From contig CAYUKU010000004.1 of NCBI GenBank assembly GCA_964445435.1, positions 9,795 to 73,794 of the forward strand: a stretch of 64,000 bases of DNA, given 5' to 3'. This DNA comes from an uncultured Gammaproteobacteria bacterium (GTDB lineage Bacteria; Patescibacteriota; Microgenomatia; UBA10105; UBA927). A model generated the notes under the pieces. It was given only the letters and a program-made list of their open reading frames with translations. It did no database searches and was not told where the DNA came from. Shown piece by piece: positions 18,847 through 30,603 of the stretch (positions within the stretch are counted from its first letter, which is position 1; each line of letters starts with the position of its first letter). The position numbers were made by a program, and so were the translations under genes.

Positions 18847-21800
18847 ATGGCTAAAGACAGCGCTGCAGCTCAACGATTATTTTGGGGAAAAGAATACACG
18901 GATCTTCCCACATTAGATCTTACCTTGGTGCAACGGGAGTCATATCAGTGGTTTCTCGAGCAGGGTATCCGCGACCTTATCACCGAAGTATCTCCGATAA
19001 CAGATTTCACTGGAAAAAATTGGGAACTTTCATTTGGCGATTATTATTTCGGCAGGCCAAGACTTACGCCGGAAATTGCACTTGAAAAGGGCCTCACATT
19101 TGACATGCCTCTGAAGGTTGTGGCAACGCTTGTGAACAAGCAGTCCGGACACCACGTGACACAAGAAGTGTTTTTAGGCGATATCCCCGCAATGACGCAA
19201 AATGGAACGTTTATCATTAACGGAATTGAGCGGTGTGTTGTCAATCAGCTCGTCCGGTCGCCTGGAATTTACTTCACGGGCACTGTCGACTCTACGACGG
19301 GGAAAACCCTTCATAGCGCCGAAATCCGTCCGATGCACGGAAGCTGGCTTGAGTTTATTATGACCCGCAATGACGTCATCATGGTCAGAATCGACCGCCG
19401 CAGGAAATTCGTGGCCACGACGTTTCTCCGGGCCATCGGCCTTGGGGATAATAATGAGATCCTTTCGACATTTAATGAGGTTGACGTTAATAAAGAACAT
19501 CGGTATATCGAGGCTACATTGGCGAAGGATCCGACAAAAAGCCACACGGAAGCAGTGTTAGAGCTTTACCGTAAACTTCGACCGGGGGAGCCTATTGTCT
19601 TGGATAACGCGCAGGAGCTTCTTAAGACCATGTTTTTTGACTATCGCCGTTATTCCTTGGAGCGCGTGGGTCGTTACAAGATGAATAAGAAGTTAGGTAT
19701 CGATGTGCCTAATGATCGCGATCATTGGGTACTCACAAAAGAAGACATTATAGGAAGCATAAAAAAGCTCATTGATTTGGCAAACGGCAAAGACGACGTT
19801 GATGATATCGATCATTTGGGGAATCGTCGGGTTCGCCGAGTAGGCGAGTTGGTTGCTACCAATGCGTTTCGGGTTGGCCTTCTTCGTTTGGAGCGCTCAG
19901 TTCGTGAGAAAATGAGCCTCGCAGGTCCCGCCGCCGAAGATCTTACCCCGATGCAGCTTGTAAACGCACGTCCGATTATTGCCTCTATAAACGACTTTTT
20001 CCGTACGAGTCAGTTGTCAACGATATTGGATCAAACGAATCCGCTTGCGGAAGTCGATAACCTTCGACGTCTTACTGTTATGGGAACTGGCGGAATTTCC
20101 CGTGAGCGGGCGTCGTTCTCTATCCGCGATATTAACGCTTCACAATACGGCCGTATTTGCCCGGTCCGAAGCCCGGAGGGACCGAATATCGGTCTTGTGA
20201 CCTATATGTCGCTTTATACCAGAGTCAACGAATACGGATTCCTCGAAACTCCGTACCGCAAGGTTGAGAAAGTGTCACGTGGGGATAAAACGATGATGCG
20301 GGTTACACCAGAAATCGTGTATTTGGACGCAAGCGACGAACAATACAAGCACATCACCCATGCAGGTGTAAAGGTGGATGAGGAAGGATTTATTATCGAA
20401 GATCGTGTTCCTGTTCGTTTCAAGGGAGAATTTTTGGAAGCAGATGCGAGCGTGGTTGAGTATATTGATGTCGTACCAAGACAGGTGGTTGGCGCACCAG
20501 CTTCGCTCATTCCATTTTTAGCACATGATGAAGCGAACCGAGCCCTCATGGGAACACACATGCAGTGTCAGGCTGTTCCGCTTCTCATGCCGCAGTCTCC
20601 GGTCGTGGGAACCGGAATGGAATCGGCTATTTCTCAGACAATGGGGAGGGTTGTACGTGCAAACGATGACGGTGTTGTTAAATACGCCGATGGTGCAAAG
20701 GTGGTTTTTGTATCGCGCGAAGGACAAGAAGAGACATATTTGCTCGCAAAGTACTCCCGGTCTGCACAGTCAACCTGCTATAACCAGCGCGTTATGGTAG
20801 CCACAGGAGATAAAGTGAAAAAAGGGCAGGTTCTTATCGAGGGTCCGGCAAGTGACGATGGCGAGCTTGCGCTTGGGGCAAATGTGACAATTGCATATAT
20901 GAGCTTCGACGGATTGGGGTACGAAGACGCGATCGTAATATCCGACAGACTGGTAAAAGAGGATGTGCTTACTTCTGTACACATCGAAGAGTATGAGGCA
21001 AGCGTTGTGGATACAAAACTCGGACCGGAGGAAACGACACGGGATATTCCTAACGTTGGAGAAGAGGCGCTTCGTAATCTTGATGAAAACGGTATTGTCG
21101 TTGTCGGCGCCGAGGTGAGCCCGAATGACATTTTAGTTGGTAAGATTGCGCCGAAAGGCGAAACTGAACTTACAGCAGAAGAAAGACTTCTTCGTGCTAT
21201 CTTCGGGGAGAAGGCGCGGGAAGTTCGAGACACAAGTCTTCGCGTGCCACACGGCGAACGTGGAACTGTAATTGAAGTCAAAATTCTCGATAAAGAGAAG
21301 GGTGACGAGCTTGAGCCGGGAACGAACAGGAAGATTGTCGTAAAAGTTGCTCAAATGCGTAAAGTTGTTGTTGGAGATAAACTTGCAGGCCGCCATGGAA
21401 ACAAGGGCGTTATCTCAAAAGTTGTGCCCCAAAGCGACATGCCCTATCTTGCAGATGGCACCGTCGTCGATGTGATTATCTCTCCGCTTTCTGTGCTTTC
21501 CCGTATGAATTTGGGACAACTTTTGGAAGCACACCTTGGACTCGCCGCTTCTAAGCTGCGCGTGAAGATCTCACTTCCTGTATTTGAAAATGTAAAAGAA
21601 GACAGAATTATCGAGAAGCTTAAAGAGGCAGGCGTACCGGTTTCAGGAAAGAGTACGCTCTTCGACGGACGAACAGGAGAACCATATAAAGAACCGATTG
21701 TCGTAGGAATTGGATATATCCTCAAGCTCATTCATATGGTTGAGGATAAGACGCATGCGCGATCAACCGGCCCATACTCACTCGTGACGCAGCAACCGCT

Positions 21801-22209
21801 GGGTGGAAAGGCTCAAATGGGTGGTCAAAGACTCGGAGAGATGGAGGTCTGGGCGCTCGAAGCGCACCGGGCGGCGCATGTACTTCAGGAAATGCTTACC
21901 ATCAAATCCGATGACGTTGTAGGCAGAGCTAAGGCCTTCGAAGCGATTGTGAAGGGCACGGATATTCCGGAGTCGACAATTCCTGAATCATTCAAGGTAT
22001 TAGTGAAAGAGCTTCAGGCTTTGGGATTGAGCGTCATGCCAACCGGAGCGGTAACCGCCAAGCCAGTGGTTGCGACTCCGACTGCTGCTGATGACGCCGT
22101 GAAGAAAGAAGCAGAGGAGATAGCAAAAGCAAGCGGAGAAGAGTCCGTAATAGAGGAGGCAGCAGAAGCAGAAGTACTATCAAAACCGGAGGATACAAAC
22201 AATAATTAA
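18847..22209 (+). CDS. rpoB: DNA-directed RNA polymerase subunit beta
   Basis: 1120 aa with conserved blocks throughout, e.g. 'GNRRVR', 'NMQRQAVPL'-like '[10 protein letters not shown]' and '[16 protein letters not shown]'. Confidence 0.97.
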   Translation: MAKDSAAAQRLFWGKEYTDLPTLDLTLVQRESYQWFLEQGIRDLITEVSPITDFTGKNWELSFGDYYFGRPRLTPEIALEKGLTFDMPLKVVATLVNKQSGHHVTQEVFLGDIPAMTQNGTFIINGIERCVVNQLVRSPGIYFTGTVDSTTGKTLHSAEIRPMHGSWLEFIMTRNDVIMVRIDRRRKFVATTFLRAIGLGDNNEILSTFNEVDVNKEHRYIEATLAKDPTKSHTEAVLELYRKLRPGEPIVLDNAQELLKTMFFDYRRYSLERVGRYKMNKKLGIDVPNDRDHWVLTKEDIIGSIKKLIDLANGKDDVDDIDHLGNRRVRRVGELVATNAFRVGLLRLERSVREKMSLAGPAAEDLTPMQLVNARPIIASINDFFRTSQLSTILDQTNPLAEVDNLRRLTVMGTGGISRERASFSIRDINASQYGRICPVRSPEGPNIGLVTYMSLYTRVNEYGFLETPYRKVEKVSRGDKTMMRVTPEIVYLDASDEQYKHITHAGVKVDEEGFIIEDRVPVRFKGEFLEADASVVEYIDVVPRQVVGAPASLIPFLAHDEANRALMGTHMQCQAVPLLMPQSPVVGTGMESAISQTMGRVVRANDDGVVKYADGAKVVFVSREGQEETYLLAKYSRSAQSTCYNQRVMVATGDKVKKGQVLIEGPASDDGELALGANVTIAYMSFDGLGYEDAIVISDRLVKEDVLTSVHIEEYEASVVDTKLGPEETTRDIPNVGEEALRNLDENGIVVVGAEVSPNDILVGKIAPKGETELTAEERLLRAIFGEKAREVRDTSLRVPHGERGTVIEVKILDKEKGDELEPGTNRKIVVKVAQMRKVVVGDKLAGRHGNKGVISKVVPQSDMPYLADGTVVDVIISPLSVLSRMNLGQLLEAHLGLAASKLRVKISLPVFENVKEDRIIEKLKEAGVPVSGKSTLFDGRTGEPYKEPIVVGIGYILKLIHMVEDKTHARSTGPYSLVTQQPLGGKAQMGGQRLGEMEVWALEAHRAAHVLQEMLTIKSDDVVGRAKAFEAIVKGTDIPESTIPESFKVLVKELQALGLSVMPTGAVTAKPVVATPTAADDAVKKEAEEIAKASGEESVIEEAAEAEVLSKPEDTNNN

Positions 22210-22216
22210 CATACCT

Positions 22217-25200
22217 ATGGACAAAAAAGCATCATTTGCCAATATCGTTGATTTTTCCGGCCTTAAAATTACACTGGCGTCATCTGATGATATAAAAGCG
22301 TGGTCACACGGGGAGGTTACCAAGCCAGAGACGATTAACTATCGCACATTGAAACCGGAAAAAGATGGACTGTTCGATGAAAGAATATTCGGACCGACGA
22401 AAGATTGGGAATGTTACTGCGGGAAATACAAACGAATCCGCTACCGGGGTATTATTTGTGACAAATGCGGAGTAGAGGTAACGCAAAGCAAGGTACGGCG
22501 TGAACGGATGGGCCATATTAGTTTGGTGGCACCGGTTGCGCACGTATGGTTTTTTAAGGGTGCCCCTTCGAGACTTTCACTCCTTCTTGATATTAGTCCT
22601 CGAGCACTGGAAGAAGTTATTTATTTTGCCCAATATCTCGTTACGAAAGTCGACGAAGCTAAAAAGAAGGAAGTCTTAGAAAAGCTTGTGAAATCAGGCG
22701 AATTGCGCATCGAAGAAGTAGAGAAACGCCTGAAAGAAGAGAAAGCCAAAAAGAAAGATCAATATAGTGGCGAGAAAGAAACGGTGAAAGAAAAAGTAAG
22801 CGGAGCCGAGGCGAAGGATTTGGCTGTTTCAGAGCTGACACTCAAAGAGAGACAAGAAATAACAGCGATGGAAGAACAGTCAGAGAAAGAAAAAGAGAAA
22901 ATTAAAGAAATTATTGATTCGCTGGTGGCGATAGTAAAAGCGATTAAACCACTCCACACCTTAACGGAAGACGAATATTTGCGGCTTCTTGAATACGAAG
23001 CGGTGGAATGCTTTGAAGTTGGAATGGGAGCTGAAGCCATCGAAGAAGTCATTAAGCGACTCGACCTCGATAAGCTCGCAGCCGAGCTTCGGGAAGAAAT
23101 TCAAAATACAAGTGGCCAAAGACACATTAAGGCGACGAAACGCCTGCGCGTCGTTGATGGCATGCGCAAAGCCGCGATAAATCCTTCCTGGATGATACTA
23201 ACCAATCTGCCGGTTATCCCGCCAGATTTGCGTCCCATGGTGCAGCTGACTGGTGGAAGGTTTGCAACCAGCGATCTTAATGATCTCTATCGTCGGGTGA
23301 TAAACCGCAACAATCGGCTTAAACATCTTATGGATTTAGGGGCACCTGAGATTATTCTGCGAAATGAAAAGCGCATGCTTCAAGAGGCGGTTGATAGCCT
23401 GATCGACGTGACACAGCGGCCCAGTTCACGTGCGGTTATCGCGCCTCTGCGATCGCTTTCCGACATGCTTCGAGGCAAACAGGGACGATTCCGTCAGAAT
23501 CTTTTGGGAAAGCGTGTCGATTATTCCGGACGATCCGTTATCGTCGTAGGGCCGGAACTTAATCTTACGCAATGCGGACTTCCGAAGGAAATGGCACTTG
23601 AAATGTTTAAGCCGTTTGTTCTTCGAGAGCTTATCGTCAGAGGTATCGCGCCGAACGTGAAAAACGCTAAAAATGTTCTCGAAAGGCGGACACCAGAGGT
23701 GTTTGATATTCTGGAAGAGATAACGAAGAATCATCCTGTTCTTCTTAACCGCGCTCCCACGCTTCACAAACTGGGTATTCAGGCGTTTTACCCGATTCTG
23801 ATTGAGGGATCAGCAATCCGAATTCATCCCTGCGTTTGCGCAGGCTACAACGCAGATTTTGACGGAGATCAGATGGCAGTCCATATTCCGTTATCGAAAG
23901 AGAGTCAGCACGAAGCTGTTCATCTGATGCTCCCGACACATAATTTGCTTAAACCCGCAGATGGATCCCCAATCACCGTTCCCAACAAAGAAATGGTATT
24001 GGGATGCTACTATCTGACGACCTTGGAAGTGCAATCAGACGATGTCGACGAGAACACCTTGCCAGCGTATGCAGATGAACATGATGCAATTTTTGCATAC
24101 CAATCAGGGAAACTCGCGCTGCGATCGCCGATGCGCCTGAAGGTTAACGATCAGTGGATCGTTACATCGGTGGGCCGCGTTATGTTCAATGAGATATTGC
24201 CATCGGAACTGCGATACATGAATACGCCGATAAAGGCGGCAAGCATCAAGGCAATCATTACAAAAGCGCTGAATTTTTATAGCAGGGAAGAGGTTGTAGG
24301 GATTATCGACTCCATAAAAAATGTTGGCTTTATGGGTGCGACTCTCTGCGGCGGACTTTCGGTATCAGTATTTGACTGCGAGATGGTTGAAGAGAAGCAG
24401 GCGATTGTGAATGAAGCTGAAGAAAAAGTTAAAGAAGTAGACCAAAATTATCAACAGGGTCTTATCACGCTTGAGGAAAAGAAACGCCTCTCCAATGAAA
24501 TTTGGATTGAGGTCACGGAGCGTATTGCAGATGTGACATGGCAGCGTATGAAGATGGACAATCCCGTCAAGATGATCATAGACTCCGGAGGCGCCCGTGC
24601 GTCGAAAGACCAGCTTAAACAGTTATCAGCTATTAAAGGATTGGTGGTTGATCCGTTGGGGAAGATTGTCGAACTTCCCACGAAGAGCAACTACCGCGAA
24701 GGTCTTTCTATCTTCGAGTACGTTACCAGTACGCGTGGTTCACGGAAAGGTCTTACCGATTCCGCGCTGAAGACAGCCGATGCCGGATATCTCACCCGTC
24801 GATTGGTAGATGTATCCCATGACATGATTATTCGTCAGGAAGACTGTGGTACGACGGAAGGCTGGGAAGTCAAACGTCATGAAGACAGGCAGGCGCCATT
24901 TGTGCTGCGGGTGATAGGGCGATTTGCGGCAAGCGATGTCGTTGCACCGGGAAGCAAAAAGGTCCTTATCGCAGCAGGGGAAGAAATCACCGAAGAAAAC
25001 GGAAGGCTTCTCGACGAACACGAAGTGGAGTCGATCATGGTGCGATCCCCCATCAGCTGTCAGGCGCACGTAGGCATGTGTGCCAAATGTTATGGCCGCG
25101 ATTTTTCTACGAACGCACATGTTCAGCTTGGCACTCCGGTTGGAGTAATAGCTGCGCAATCGATCGGTGAGCCCGGCACACAGCTAACGATGCGGGTGAG

Positions 25201-25939
25201 ACACGCGGGAGGAATCGTCGGACTTGACGTGACGCAGGGACTGCCTCGTGTTGAGGAGCTTTTTGAATCGCGTACGCCTCGCGTTTTGTCTCCCATCGCA
25301 GAAATTGCCGGCAAGGTGGAGGTTTCCGAGACAGAGCAGGGGTATCATGTCCGGGTGCGCAATACCGCGATGAAACCGCCGGAAGAGCGCGAATACGTCA
25401 TACCGTTAACCAGCGAACTCAAAGTGAAGGAAGGCGATTTGGTAGCAGCTGGAGACCAATTGGCCAGTGGCTATCTGGATCTGAAAGAAGTTCTGCAGGT
25501 ACGTGGACTTCGAGGCGCGCAGAAATACCTTATCACTGAAATTCAGAGAGTGTACGAATCTCAAGGCATTCAGATCTCCGATAAACATTTTGAGGTTATC
25601 GTGCGCAAGATGAGTGATAAGGTTCGTATAGATACATCAGGTGACACCATGCTACTTCCCGGGGAATTGGTCGATCGTATGCGCTTCCAGGAAGAAAATG
25701 CACGGGTGTTGGCTGAAGGCGGAGAACCTGCGACTGCCCAAATCACGATGCTGGGTATCACACGGGCTTCCCTCTTCACCGAGTCGTGGTTATCAGCGGC
25801 TTCCTTCCAGGAAACAACCAATGTCTTAACCGATGCTGCGCTTTCAGCGAAGGAAGATAAGTTGCTGGGCCTCAAAGAAAACGTTATAATCGGCAGACTC
25901 ATTCCCGTAGGTCCGGAACGAGCGAAGGTTCAAAGTTAA
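22217..25939 (+). CDS. rpoC: DNA-directed RNA polymerase subunit beta-prime
   Basis: 1240 aa; Zn-finger '[23 protein letters not shown]', catalytic '[12 protein letters not shown]', and the trigger loop and other conserved blocks. Confidence 0.97.
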   Translation: MDKKASFANIVDFSGLKITLASSDDIKAWSHGEVTKPETINYRTLKPEKDGLFDERIFGPTKDWECYCGKYKRIRYRGIICDKCGVEVTQSKVRRERMGHISLVAPVAHVWFFKGAPSRLSLLLDISPRALEEVIYFAQYLVTKVDEAKKKEVLEKLVKSGELRIEEVEKRLKEEKAKKKDQYSGEKETVKEKVSGAEAKDLAVSELTLKERQEITAMEEQSEKEKEKIKEIIDSLVAIVKAIKPLHTLTEDEYLRLLEYEAVECFEVGMGAEAIEEVIKRLDLDKLAAELREEIQNTSGQRHIKATKRLRVVDGMRKAAINPSWMILTNLPVIPPDLRPMVQLTGGRFATSDLNDLYRRVINRNNRLKHLMDLGAPEIILRNEKRMLQEAVDSLIDVTQRPSSRAVIAPLRSLSDMLRGKQGRFRQNLLGKRVDYSGRSVIVVGPELNLTQCGLPKEMALEMFKPFVLRELIVRGIAPNVKNAKNVLERRTPEVFDILEEITKNHPVLLNRAPTLHKLGIQAFYPILIEGSAIRIHPCVCAGYNADFDGDQMAVHIPLSKESQHEAVHLMLPTHNLLKPADGSPITVPNKEMVLGCYYLTTLEVQSDDVDENTLPAYADEHDAIFAYQSGKLALRSPMRLKVNDQWIVTSVGRVMFNEILPSELRYMNTPIKAASIKAIITKALNFYSREEVVGIIDSIKNVGFMGATLCGGLSVSVFDCEMVEEKQAIVNEAEEKVKEVDQNYQQGLITLEEKKRLSNEIWIEVTERIADVTWQRMKMDNPVKMIIDSGGARASKDQLKQLSAIKGLVVDPLGKIVELPTKSNYREGLSIFEYVTSTRGSRKGLTDSALKTADAGYLTRRLVDVSHDMIIRQEDCGTTEGWEVKRHEDRQAPFVLRVIGRFAASDVVAPGSKKVLIAAGEEITEENGRLLDEHEVESIMVRSPISCQAHVGMCAKCYGRDFSTNAHVQLGTPVGVIAAQSIGEPGTQLTMRVRHAGGIVGLDVTQGLPRVEELFESRTPRVLSPIAEIAGKVEVSETEQGYHVRVRNTAMKPPEEREYVIPLTSELKVKEGDLVAAGDQLASGYLDLKEVLQVRGLRGAQKYLITEIQRVYESQGIQISDKHFEVIVRKMSDKVRIDTSGDTMLLPGELVDRMRFQEENARVLAEGGEPATAQITMLGITRASLFTESWLSAASFQETTNVLTDAALSAKEDKLLGLKENVIIGRLIPVGPERAKVQS

Positions 25940-25940
25940 T

Positions 25941-26378
25941 ATGCCTACCGTTAATCAACTTATCAGAAAAGGTCGTCATAGTAAGGCAAAGAAGATAAAA
26001 GCGACAGCACTTCGTAAATTCTTTAACGCCAAAGATCGAGCTATGAGTCAGTTGCCGTCTCCCTTTAAAAGGGGAGTGGTTACATTGGTAAAAACCATGA
26101 CACCGAAAAAGCCGAATTCGGCACTTCGGAAAGTAGCTCGTGTACGACTTTCCAATAAGCAGGAAGTTACTGCCTACATTCCCGGAATTGGACATGAGCT
26201 TACGGAGCATGCTATCGTTCTGGTTCGTGGAGGTCGAGTACCGGATTTACCCGGTGTGAAGTATCACATAGTTCGAGGAAAATATGACTCTACGGGAGTC
26301 GCGACCCGGCGTCAGGGGAGAAGCCGATATGGCGCCAAATCCGGAAGTACGGGGCCGGCTGTAGCTTCAGCAAACTAA
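25941..26378 (+). CDS. rpsL: 30S ribosomal protein S12
   Basis: '[12 protein letters not shown]...[10 protein letters not shown]'. Confidence 0.97.
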   Translation: MPTVNQLIRKGRHSKAKKIKATALRKFFNAKDRAMSQLPSPFKRGVVTLVKTMTPKKPNSALRKVARVRLSNKQEVTAYIPGIGHELTEHAIVLVRGGRVPDLPGVKYHIVRGKYDSTGVATRRQGRSRYGAKSGSTGPAVASAN

Positions 26379-26387
26379 TGTAATTCT

Positions 26388-26864
26388 ATGAGCAGATCGA
26401 AACGAGTTACCAAGCCAGTCATTGTCGCCGATCCGGTATACGGAAATCGGCTCATTATGCGGTTCATTAATCGCGTGATGAGAAGCGGGAAGAAACGGGT
26501 AGCTGAGCAGATCGTCTACGATGCGCTTGACGCAATCAAGGCAAAAGGCGAGGACCCGGTGAAAGTTTTCGAGACTGCTATAAATACCGTCGGACCCAAA
26601 ATGGAAGTACGGGCCCGCCGGGTAGGCGGAGCCTCTTACCAGGTTCCAACCGAAGTGCGGGGCGACAGACGGGTAGCTCTTGCGATACGGTGGATTATTC
26701 AGTTTGCAAACAAACGATCCAACAAGGAATTTAAGAATTTTTCAGGAAAATTAGCGGCAGAACTCACGGATGCTGCAAACGGCCAGGGGGAATCAATTAA
26801 GAAGCGTGACACTGTGCATAGGATGGCTGAAGCCAACCGCGCATTTGCTCACTTCAAGTGGTAA
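26388..26864 (+). CDS. rpsG: 30S ribosomal protein S7
   Basis: S7 family motifs; 158 aa; directly downstream of rpsL. Confidence 0.95.
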   Translation: MSRSKRVTKPVIVADPVYGNRLIMRFINRVMRSGKKRVAEQIVYDALDAIKAKGEDPVKVFETAINTVGPKMEVRARRVGGASYQVPTEVRGDRRVALAIRWIIQFANKRSNKEFKNFSGKLAAELTDAANGQGESIKKRDTVHRMAEANRAFAHFKW

Positions 26865-26900
26865 CTGTCTTCTCACTGCTTCCTGCTAGGCAGTACCTCT

Positions 26901-27941
26901 ATGACCTCAAAAGAGGGAAGATCTCCAACTAGAGTCAGTAGAAGAGACGTCCTAAAAACTGGTTGGGAAATAGTAACGAAAGGTGTCCCTTACGGAGTCA
27001 TGGCATACGGATTGGGAAGGTTGGGAATTGATATGGCACTCGATGTTCCCGAAGCCGCTGATACGTTTAAAGCCCCTCTCTATGAACCGGGATGGCTTGA
27101 GACACGAAATCCGGATCGTCCGGCATTCATTGATCCTCACGACTTCGGGGAGAAGAAATATCTTCGCCATATGGCAATGCACGATCCGCTTCTGAGAAGA
27201 ACTCACGCGCGGGCATATAAAACCGCAATACAGAATGAGAAAAATGCAATTACCCTGAAGGACAGTTATTGGCGACATCTTATCCACGCGTATGAAGAGA
27301 TGAAAACCACAACCGCTCACTTAGAGGACGTTGTCCAGGTTTCGCTTTTTAGTTTTGCGTCACTGTACAGTAGTTTTTACAGCGTGGGTGATATAGCGAT
27401 GGCGTTTGGTGTCTATGATGAGTCCCGATCGCCTCTTCCGGATACTTTGTTTGAAGCATCCCAATATAGAGGGAATATTCCCGATATTTTCAATCATTCG
27501 CATCATAACGACGAAAGCAAAATTCAGCATTTCGCCGGATTTGCGTTTTTATCCTATACGTACGCCCATGCGCGCGCATTGGGCCTTCCGGAGGCAAAAA
27601 CAGTACCGAGACTCGCCCGACTCGTGGCTTCTGTCGGAGATACACCGGGAATGGAAGGAGAGGTGTTTGCCCTTTCCGGAGAACTGAAATGGGAACAATG
27701 GGAAACGATGCGGTGGTTTCGAAGGATGGTGGATACAAGGTCGTATCAGGCTCCAAATGAAGGATTTTTCGAGCCGGGGTTCAATTCCGATATGCTCGCA
27801 AGTCTCATGGGAATGGAATTCGGAAGACGGCTCTATGCGGATGTCGGGAGCGGTACTGATATCGGCACAATCTGTTCTGTGCTTGATTCTCCCATGGATT
27901 TGGTTACGCCGACTGCGGCGGCAATGTTCCCAATTGAGTGA
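26901..27941 (+). CDS. hypothetical protein
   Basis: 346-aa ORF following rpsG; weak Tat-like 'SRRDVLK' near the N-terminus; no recognisable catalytic motif. Confidence 0.4.
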   Translation: MTSKEGRSPTRVSRRDVLKTGWEIVTKGVPYGVMAYGLGRLGIDMALDVPEAADTFKAPLYEPGWLETRNPDRPAFIDPHDFGEKKYLRHMAMHDPLLRRTHARAYKTAIQNEKNAITLKDSYWRHLIHAYEEMKTTTAHLEDVVQVSLFSFASLYSSFYSVGDIAMAFGVYDESRSPLPDTLFEASQYRGNIPDIFNHSHHNDESKIQHFAGFAFLSYTYAHARALGLPEAKTVPRLARLVASVGDTPGMEGEVFALSGELKWEQWETMRWFRRMVDTRSYQAPNEGFFEPGFNSDMLASLMGMEFGRRLYADVGSGTDIGTICSVLDSPMDLVTPTAAAMFPIE

Positions 27942-28383
27942 CAAGTCCCTGCGCCCACGAATTGATTGTTTCCATGTGTTTCGTTTGGTCAGAGAAGTAC
28001 TTGTCAATCCTTAATGATGGAACAACGAGGGTTCCTTTCATGGTTTTTATAAGCTCTTCGAGGTGATCAACAGCGCCGCAGAAATGTGTATAAGATGAAT
28101 CTCCGAGTCCGAAAACGGCAAATGGTTTTCCTTCAAACGTTTGTGTTTTCAGTTTTTCGATAAGCGGCATGTAATCTTCGTGAGGCATTCCTTCCTTCCC
28201 GTCGAAGTCCCAACTGGGCGAACCGAAAATGACCACGGGAGCGCTTCGCAGGTCATCAGGGGTGGTTTCCAGGGCCTGTTTCATCGTGACTTGGTGACCC
28301 GCGCCCGTAAGCTTGTCGGCGACGGCTTGCGCAGTCATCATGGTCGTGCCAGAATTGGTAGCGTACACAAGGAGGATCTGCAT
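27904..28383 (-). CDS. flavodoxin
   Basis: 'ILLVYATNSGTTMMTAQAVADKL' (FMN phosphate-binding loop T/S-x-T-G-x-T) and 'VFGLGDSSY'. The gene converges on the previous gene with a 38-bp overlap. Confidence 0.8.
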   Translation of the reverse strand: MQILLVYATNSGTTMMTAQAVADKLTGAGHQVTMKQALETTPDDLRSAPVVIFGSPSWDFDGKEGMPHEDYMPLIEKLKTQTFEGKPFAVFGLGDSSYTHFCGAVDHLEELIKTMKGTLVVPSLRIDKYFSDQTKHMETINSWAQGLVTQLGTLPPQSA

Positions 28384-28423
28384 ACGTATAAATTGTACGA
28401 CGGATTACTTTCTTAAGGCAAGC

Positions 28424-29050
28424 ATGAAACCGAACATTCGAGCTCATTTTCGTGCTGTTGACCCGACATTATTCGCTGCCCTGTCAGCTTTAGACGGGCA
28501 GGCGCATTTGTTGGTGCCCAGAATTTCGAAGGACTATTTTTCGGATTTGTGTGAAGCGATTATCAATCAACAGTTATCCGAAAAGGCCGGTGCAACGATA
28601 TTCAAGCGATTCCGACGGCTTTTTCCGAAGGAAATCATTACACCTACATATGTATCTGAGACTCGCGGTGAATCGATTCGATCCGTGGGCGTTTCCTGGT
28701 CGAAAGTTAAGTACATCAAAGCGCTTGCGGAAAATGTCATTCGAAAAGAAATCCGCCTTGAGACGCTTACATCGAAAACTGACACTGAGGTCATTGCCGA
28801 GCTGACACGCATACAGGGAATTGGTCCCTGGACAGCAGAAATGTTTCTCATGTTCAGTTTGGGAAGGGAAGACGTATTTTCATATGGCGATGTAGGCTTG
28901 AGGCGTGCGATACAGAAACTGTATAAATTCAAGCGTGAACCGACGCAGAAGCAGATGGAAAAAATAACGAAGAAATGGTCACCGTATCGTACGTATGCGT
29001 GTCGTATTCTCTGGAGAACTTTGGATGACTCGATTACAATAGGAATATGA
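28424..29050 (+). CDS. HhH-GPD family DNA glycosylase (AlkA-like 3-methyladenine glycosylase II)
   Basis: 'IQGIGPWTAEMFLMFSLGREDVFSYGDVGLRRAI' (helix-hairpin-helix plus GPD loop with catalytic Asp). The start is taken at ATG 28424, because the ORF-track start at 28313 would overlap the flavodoxin gene. Confidence 0.75.
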   Translation: MKPNIRAHFRAVDPTLFAALSALDGQAHLLVPRISKDYFSDLCEAIINQQLSEKAGATIFKRFRRLFPKEIITPTYVSETRGESIRSVGVSWSKVKYIKALAENVIRKEIRLETLTSKTDTEVIAELTRIQGIGPWTAEMFLMFSLGREDVFSYGDVGLRRAIQKLYKFKREPTQKQMEKITKKWSPYRTYACRILWRTLDDSITIGI

Positions 29051-29424
29051 AGATTGCACTCGCCGCACTCGTTGTGTTTATCGTTGGCATTGTTTACATA
29101 GCACCGTTTGTCATGTCCGAGAAATCCTGTTACGACAATTCACTGAGTTCTATCAACGACATACAATATCAGGTGGCATCGAGGGGTATCGGCAAAGAGC
29201 GAGTATGTGAGCGCCGCATCGTGGTTCTCGATGAGCTCGAGGGATGTCTGAAGAAGGCAACCGGATCCGGGCAAATCGTGCGATATGCTTATCCTATTAT
29301 CGAGGGGTCCCTGTCTATGGTAAGACCAATGAGCAAAGCGCTGCAATCGCTTAAAAGTGAACACGATCTTGAGTGCGAGGATTATCCGGATTACACGACT
29401 GGTTCTTTTGTCCCAAGTCCCTAG
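29047..29424 (+). CDS. hypothetical membrane-anchored protein
   Basis: N-terminal TM helix, four Cys; 125 aa. Confidence 0.35.
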   Translation: MKIALAALVVFIVGIVYIAPFVMSEKSCYDNSLSSINDIQYQVASRGIGKERVCERRIVVLDELEGCLKKATGSGQIVRYAYPIIEGSLSMVRPMSKALQSLKSEHDLECEDYPDYTTGSFVPSP

Positions 29425-29439
29425 TAATTCGATTTATTA

Positions 29440-30603
29440 ATGAAAAAACTCCTATTATTCTTCCTGGTTGTCGTCCTAACGGCGGGCGTGTGGATAGGAA
29501 GTTTCTTCTACAGAAACCTGCGGGGTGTCGCCCCTGCGATTGGTCCGCCGAAAGAAATTCCCGAAGCACTCAATATGACCGGCTTGCCGCTGAAGGTACC
29601 GAAGGGTTTTTCCGTTTCAGTATTTGCCAGACATCTCGGCAACCCGCGCGTGCTGGCGTGGGACCCTGAGGGAACACTTGTTGTAAGCATTCCGGCACAA
29701 GGGAAAATCGTGGGACTTATCGATGCAGATCGGGACGGAGTTTCAGAAAAGACCCAGACCATAGTAGAAAAACTCAACAGTCCTCACGGACTCGCGTTTC
29801 ATAATGGTTCATTGTATGTCGCTGAGACGGATGGGGTAGTCGTTTTTGACTATGACGCGACTCAAAAGAAGGCAGGGAACGGACGGAAGATTGTTGCGTT
29901 ACCTGGTGGAGGGAATCACTTTTCGCGAACGATTGGCTTTGGAGCGGATGGACGTTTATATATAACGGTCGGTTCACAATGCAACGTGTGTGTTGAAAAA
30001 GACTGGAGGCGGGCAAAAATGCTTGTCGCAAATGCTGACGGATCCGAGTTGAGAGAATATGCATCGGGCCTTCGAAATAGCGTATTTTTCGTATGGCATC
30101 CGAAAACAAACGCCCTCTGGGCGACTGATATGGGACGGGATTTATTAGGGGACAATGCGCCTCCGGAAGAAGTGAATATCATAGAGGAGGGGAGCAATTA
30201 CGGATGGCCGTATTGTTATGGTGATAGAGTTCATGATGATGCTTTCGATCCCAGAAAAATCCACGATTGCACCACGACGGTATCGCCACATATTACCTTT
30301 CAGGCGCACTCCGCGCCTCTCGGCCTGGCATTTATTCCCGAGACTTGGCCGGAAGACTACCGTGGCGATCTTCTTGTTGCGTATCACGGCTCATGGAACC
30401 GCACGGTGCCCACGGGATATAAAGTGGCACGTTTCGATTTGGACGACAAAGGCCTCTCACGCGGGGAATCCGATTTCCTATCAGGATTTCTCGATGGGAA
30501 AAGCACGATTGGAAGGCCGGTCGATTTGCTTTTTGGGACCAATGGAAGTCTGTTCGTTTCGGATGATAAAGCGGGAGTGATATACCAAATCAGCCAAAGG
30601 TAA
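29440..30603 (+). CDS. soluble glucose/sorbosone dehydrogenase (sGDH, PQQ-type beta-propeller) family protein
   Basis: N-terminal signal/anchor, with the sGDH blocks 'HGLAFHNGSLYVAETD', 'GGNHFSRTIGFGADGRLYITVGS' and 'GWPYCYGD'. Confidence 0.7.
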   Translation: MKKLLLFFLVVVLTAGVWIGSFFYRNLRGVAPAIGPPKEIPEALNMTGLPLKVPKGFSVSVFARHLGNPRVLAWDPEGTLVVSIPAQGKIVGLIDADRDGVSEKTQTIVEKLNSPHGLAFHNGSLYVAETDGVVVFDYDATQKKAGNGRKIVALPGGGNHFSRTIGFGADGRLYITVGSQCNVCVEKDWRRAKMLVANADGSELREYASGLRNSVFFVWHPKTNALWATDMGRDLLGDNAPPEEVNIIEEGSNYGWPYCYGDRVHDDAFDPRKIHDCTTTVSPHITFQAHSAPLGLAFIPETWPEDYRGDLLVAYHGSWNRTVPTGYKVARFDLDDKGLSRGESDFLSGFLDGKSTIGRPVDLLFGTNGSLFVSDDKAGVIYQISQR

